Shown here: positions 60,425-64,000 of the stretch, in pieces | Position numbering within the stretch: position 1 is the stretch's first letter | Layout of the letters: each line of letters opens with the position of its first letter | Source: Eledone cirrhosa | Taxonomy: Eukaryota | DNA length: 64,000 nucleotides | Assembly: GCA_964016885.1 (NCBI GenBank) | Contig: OZ024755.1 | Coordinates: 30,566,001 to 30,630,000 of the forward strand | Direction: 5' to 3' | Translations under genes and position numbers: made by a program | Notes under the pieces: model-generated | Databases searched by the model: none | Seen by the model: only the letters and a program-made list of their open reading frames with translations | What the model was told of the DNA's origin: nothing

Positions 60425-61240
60425 ATATATAAATGTGTATATATATAAATGTATATATAAATATATGAGAGGAATGAACACCGATACAAGTAAATATGTT
60501 CATCCCCCTCATATATTCATTTGTATTACACGGCTCGGAAAGATTCCCTTCTTTGAGCTATTTAATTGTAAAAGACGATTTCGAGTTTATAACTCAATAT
60601 ATGATATAAATGTGTATATAAATGTGTATATAAATGTGTATATAAATGTATATATAAATGTGTATATAAATGTGTATATAAATGTGTATATAAATGTATA
60701 TATAAATGTATATATAAATATATGAGAGGAATGAACACCGATACAAGTAAATATGTTCATCCCCCTCATATATTCATTTGTATTACACGGCTCGGAAATA
60801 TTCCCTTCTTTGAGCTATTTAATTGTAAAAGACGATTTCGAGTTTATAACTCAATATATGATATAAATGTGTATATAAATGTGTATATAAATGTATATAT
60901 AAATGTATATATAAATGTGTATATAAATGTGTATATAAATGTGTATATAAATGTGTATATAAATGTGTATATAAATGTATATATAAATGTGTATATAAAT
61001 GTGTATATAAATGTATATATAAATGTATATGTGTATATATAAATGTGTATATAAATGTGTATATAAATGTATATATATATGTGTATATAAATGTGTATAT
61101 AAATGTGTATATAAATGTATATATGTGTATATATAAATGTGTATATAAATGTGTATATAAATGTGTATATAAATGTATATATAAATGCATATATGTGTAT
61201 ATATAAATGTGTATATATAAATGTGTATATATATATATGT
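60425..61240. repeat. 257-bp tandem duplication embedded in an (ATAAATGTGTAT)n 12-mer array
   Basis: ATGAGAGGAATGAACACC at 60465 and 60722. Confidence 0.88.
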
Positions 61241-61429
61241 ATGTGTGTCTGATCTATAAACACTGGTCATAGACACACACATATATATACACACAACTCT
61301 CTCTCTCTTCCATTCTCCTTCTCTGTCTCCTCTCCCTCTCTCTATGTCTCTCTTTTAATATACTCTCTCACAACCACTATCTCTTTCTCTCTATCCTTCT
61401 CTCTCGCCCTCTCTCTCTCTCTGTTTATG

Positions 61430-61598
61430 AAGGTACCCAGAAAACCCCATATCTCGGGAACCCGTGCTCCGATTTACGCGAAACTTGTTTTATTCAATTT
61501 GTATTCCCATTTCAGGGTCAACTTTCTCATTGTGTGCCCTTTTGGTTGTATTACATTACAGACAAGCAAGCAAGCACAGAGTTTTAGTAGCATATAGA
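61430..61598 (-). mobile_element. Helitron-like 5' end fragment
   Basis: Minus strand A|TCTATATGCTACTAAAACTCTGTG(CTTG)n, the same organisation as the 41216 5' end. Confidence 0.4.
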
Positions 61599-62119
61599 TG
61601 ATTGTAAGGAATAACATGCCTCCAATTCGATGTATTCCAGCCAACGATAATACAACTGTAATAGAAATCGAAAAGTATAGAAATTTAAAACTCTGGAAAG
61701 TTTGTCTGTGCTATATGGTGTTTGAAATCAAAATCAGTCCTCAAAACAATAGAAGCATTTCGAATTATTTATTAAACCATATGTATAAAATATATAACAA
61801 AAATGACATTGCTAGATACCAAATTTATATGACATAGGCAGTATTCGATGTATAAGAAAAGCACAAAAACTAAACATTGCACTTATCCAAGTTCCCTAAA
61901 GCAGCGCTCACTTTTAAAATGAGCTCTAGCAATTAAATGATTCCAAATGAAAGAGTATTGATATTGGTGACCCAGATGATTTCCGATACTAAAATTTACT
62001 GACGTCTCAGCTGTCACAAAAAATTGATCCTTTTTTAGTCCAAGGCTAAATAAATACATTACTGTTTCAAATACAGCTGATTACACTAGTAAACAAATCA
62101 GCCTAACATGTTGTAAAAC

Positions 62120-62260
<141 letters not shown>

Positions 62261-62270
62261 ATATATATAT

Positions 62271-62495
62271 ATTAAAATAACAGATTAAAGTTTAAACAAA
62301 GAAACGCTGCTTTCACCCTTAACGGGATCTTCTGAGTTTCAGAAGATCCCGTTAAGGGTGAAAGCAACGATTCTTTGCTTAAACTTTAATATGTTATATA
62401 TATCAAAATATGTAAAACCATAGAGCAAATATTTATTAAAATATTATCCATATCCAACCCTTCTTCGGATTTTAGTCCTCACATTTATTATAAAC
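62271..62495 (+). mobile_element. Family B fold-back element
   Basis: Hairpin centred on TCTTCTGA-gtt-TCAGAAGA, next to a (TA)n tract, with an extra internally inverted segment at about 62395-62442. Confidence 0.72.
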
Positions 62496-62813
62496 TATAT
62501 ATAGATGTAATGGCCACTATAAACCTGGTGAAGCCTATCCCTCTCCAGGTCTGAACACAAAAGAAGGAGAGTAATAGTGAGGAATCACTATCACTCTCCT
62601 TCTCTTGTGAGAAGAAATATAAAGGAACTAATGACAAAATGTACTGGATTGGTACGTTTTATTGACCAGGAATGAACTAATGGCATTTAGAGAGACATTC
62701 CAAACATCCCATACATAATTAAGAGCTTTGAACCCGGAATAAGTATAAGAGTTTCTGACATACTCTCAGATGGGTATTTTTAACAGGGCTACTCACTGCT
62801 TTAATAATATATT

Positions 62814-62966
62814 AATTGTTTCTACTTTTGGCACAAGGCCAGCAATTACCCACTACATTACTGGTACTTTATTTTATCGACCCGTAAGGATGAAAGGCAA
62901 AGTTAACCTCGGCGGTGTTTGAACTCAGACCGTAAAGGGACGTAACTCTGCTGGAAAGCATGGCGT
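62814..62966 (-). mobile_element. SINE family 1 (other truncated copies at 3678-3794 +, 4865-4972 -)
   Basis: Core and B box. Confidence 0.82.
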
Positions 62967-62972
62967 AATACA

Positions 62973-63224
62973 TATAAAAATGAGAAACCTCATCGCTAGA
63001 ACAGCCGTTAAAACAGCTAAATGATGTTAAAGGCAGCGATGGACAAAAATGCCTACCAGCGGTCAACAGAGAGACAATGCAAAATGACTGAAAGGGGAGG
63101 ATAACAAGGAGAAGTATGTTAGCGCATAGAAGTGACATGAAAAAACATCTTTGTCCATAGCTGTCTTTCACAACTGATAATTGTTTTAACGGCAGTTCTA
63201 GCGATAAGTTTTTTCATTTTTATA
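62973..63224. mobile_element. MITE-like element with about 45-bp imperfect TIRs; related copy at 38165-38400
   Basis: TATAAAAATGAGAAACCTCATCGCTAGAACAGCCGTTAAAACA / TGTTTTAACGGCAGTTCTAGCGATAAGTTTTTTCATTTTTATA. Confidence 0.6.
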
Positions 63225-63742
63225 CGAATTGAAATTCACTCACGCTTCATCCGAATCAGATACAACGTTGTTTGTTTTCATTTAATAATGTCATATATTA
63301 GTTAAAAATTACACCAGTGGGTCACAATTATGCATGTAACCTCAACCTATATACCAATGCAATAAGGACATTTTTTTATCGACATATTTCGTATAGACTA
63401 TCATTGAACTCGGCTGTTACTGTTCATATAGCCAGGTCTAGCTCTAGTATGAGAAAACATTGAACTAACATACAAATCCAATAAACTTGCAACCCAAACC
63501 AGTAATGCTAGTTATTTTCCTCTGCAGAAGTCAGTAACGAAAAAATAAATAAAACAACTCATAGCACTATACATTCTATTCTCTAATGAAACTTATTAGA
63601 ATCTTTGTGTTCCTTCGTTTCGAAATCGGAATTTCTTCTAAGATAAAACAAATATATTTCATTGAAGTAAAAATGTCTATAGCATTTAAGATACGTATAC
63701 AACAGTTTATAAATATAAGAAACACTTTTAGAATATTGATGA

Positions 63743-63775
63743 CTAGCAGTGGTACCCGGCGTTGCACGGGATAAG
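63743..63775 (-). mobile_element. Helitron 3' terminus
   Basis: Minus strand CCCGTGCAACGCCGGG hairpin followed by CTAG|T, as at 41756-41784. Confidence 0.65.
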
Positions 63776-64000
63776 GTATTGTGAAATAAATAACCGCCTT
63801 AGCTCAGCTTAATATTGCCACAACCACGGCTGGCAAAGAAGTAAGGGCCTGGTGGTACGTAAGTAAGCAACACTGTGGCTTAAAACGCGAGGAAGAAGTT
63901 GTGTGCACTTACCAACTGTTTGGGGAATGAGTGTGCGATTTGTCTTGAGCAAGGGTGGCAGAATAACCGGATGCAGCAGACAGCCAGACATACAGACAGA

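Overview
AT-rich eukaryotic, essentially non-coding DNA. The SINE types, microsatellite load and overall composition resemble an octopus/cephalopod genome (inference, not verified). Nearly all listed ORFs are microsatellite or palindrome artefacts. I can support only one host coding exon, a probable last exon at 48878-49080 (+). The rest is two tRNA-derived SINE families, hAT and Tc1/mariner MITEs with TSDs, Helitron ends, decayed RTE-type LINE fragments, a 5S rRNA fragment and large (TA)n/(TG)n/(AAC)n arrays. The main observation is a dense set of short non-coding elements, mostly lodged in or beside (TA)n tracts, that carry type I hammerhead-ribozyme (HHR) motifs: about a dozen complete or near-complete cores from several unrelated families, usually followed by AATAAA. 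Many are fold-back inverted repeats whose turning point lies in or next to a ribozyme helix. This fits non-autonomous Penelope-like/retrozyme-like retroelements. All structures were read by eye; no folding or database search was run.
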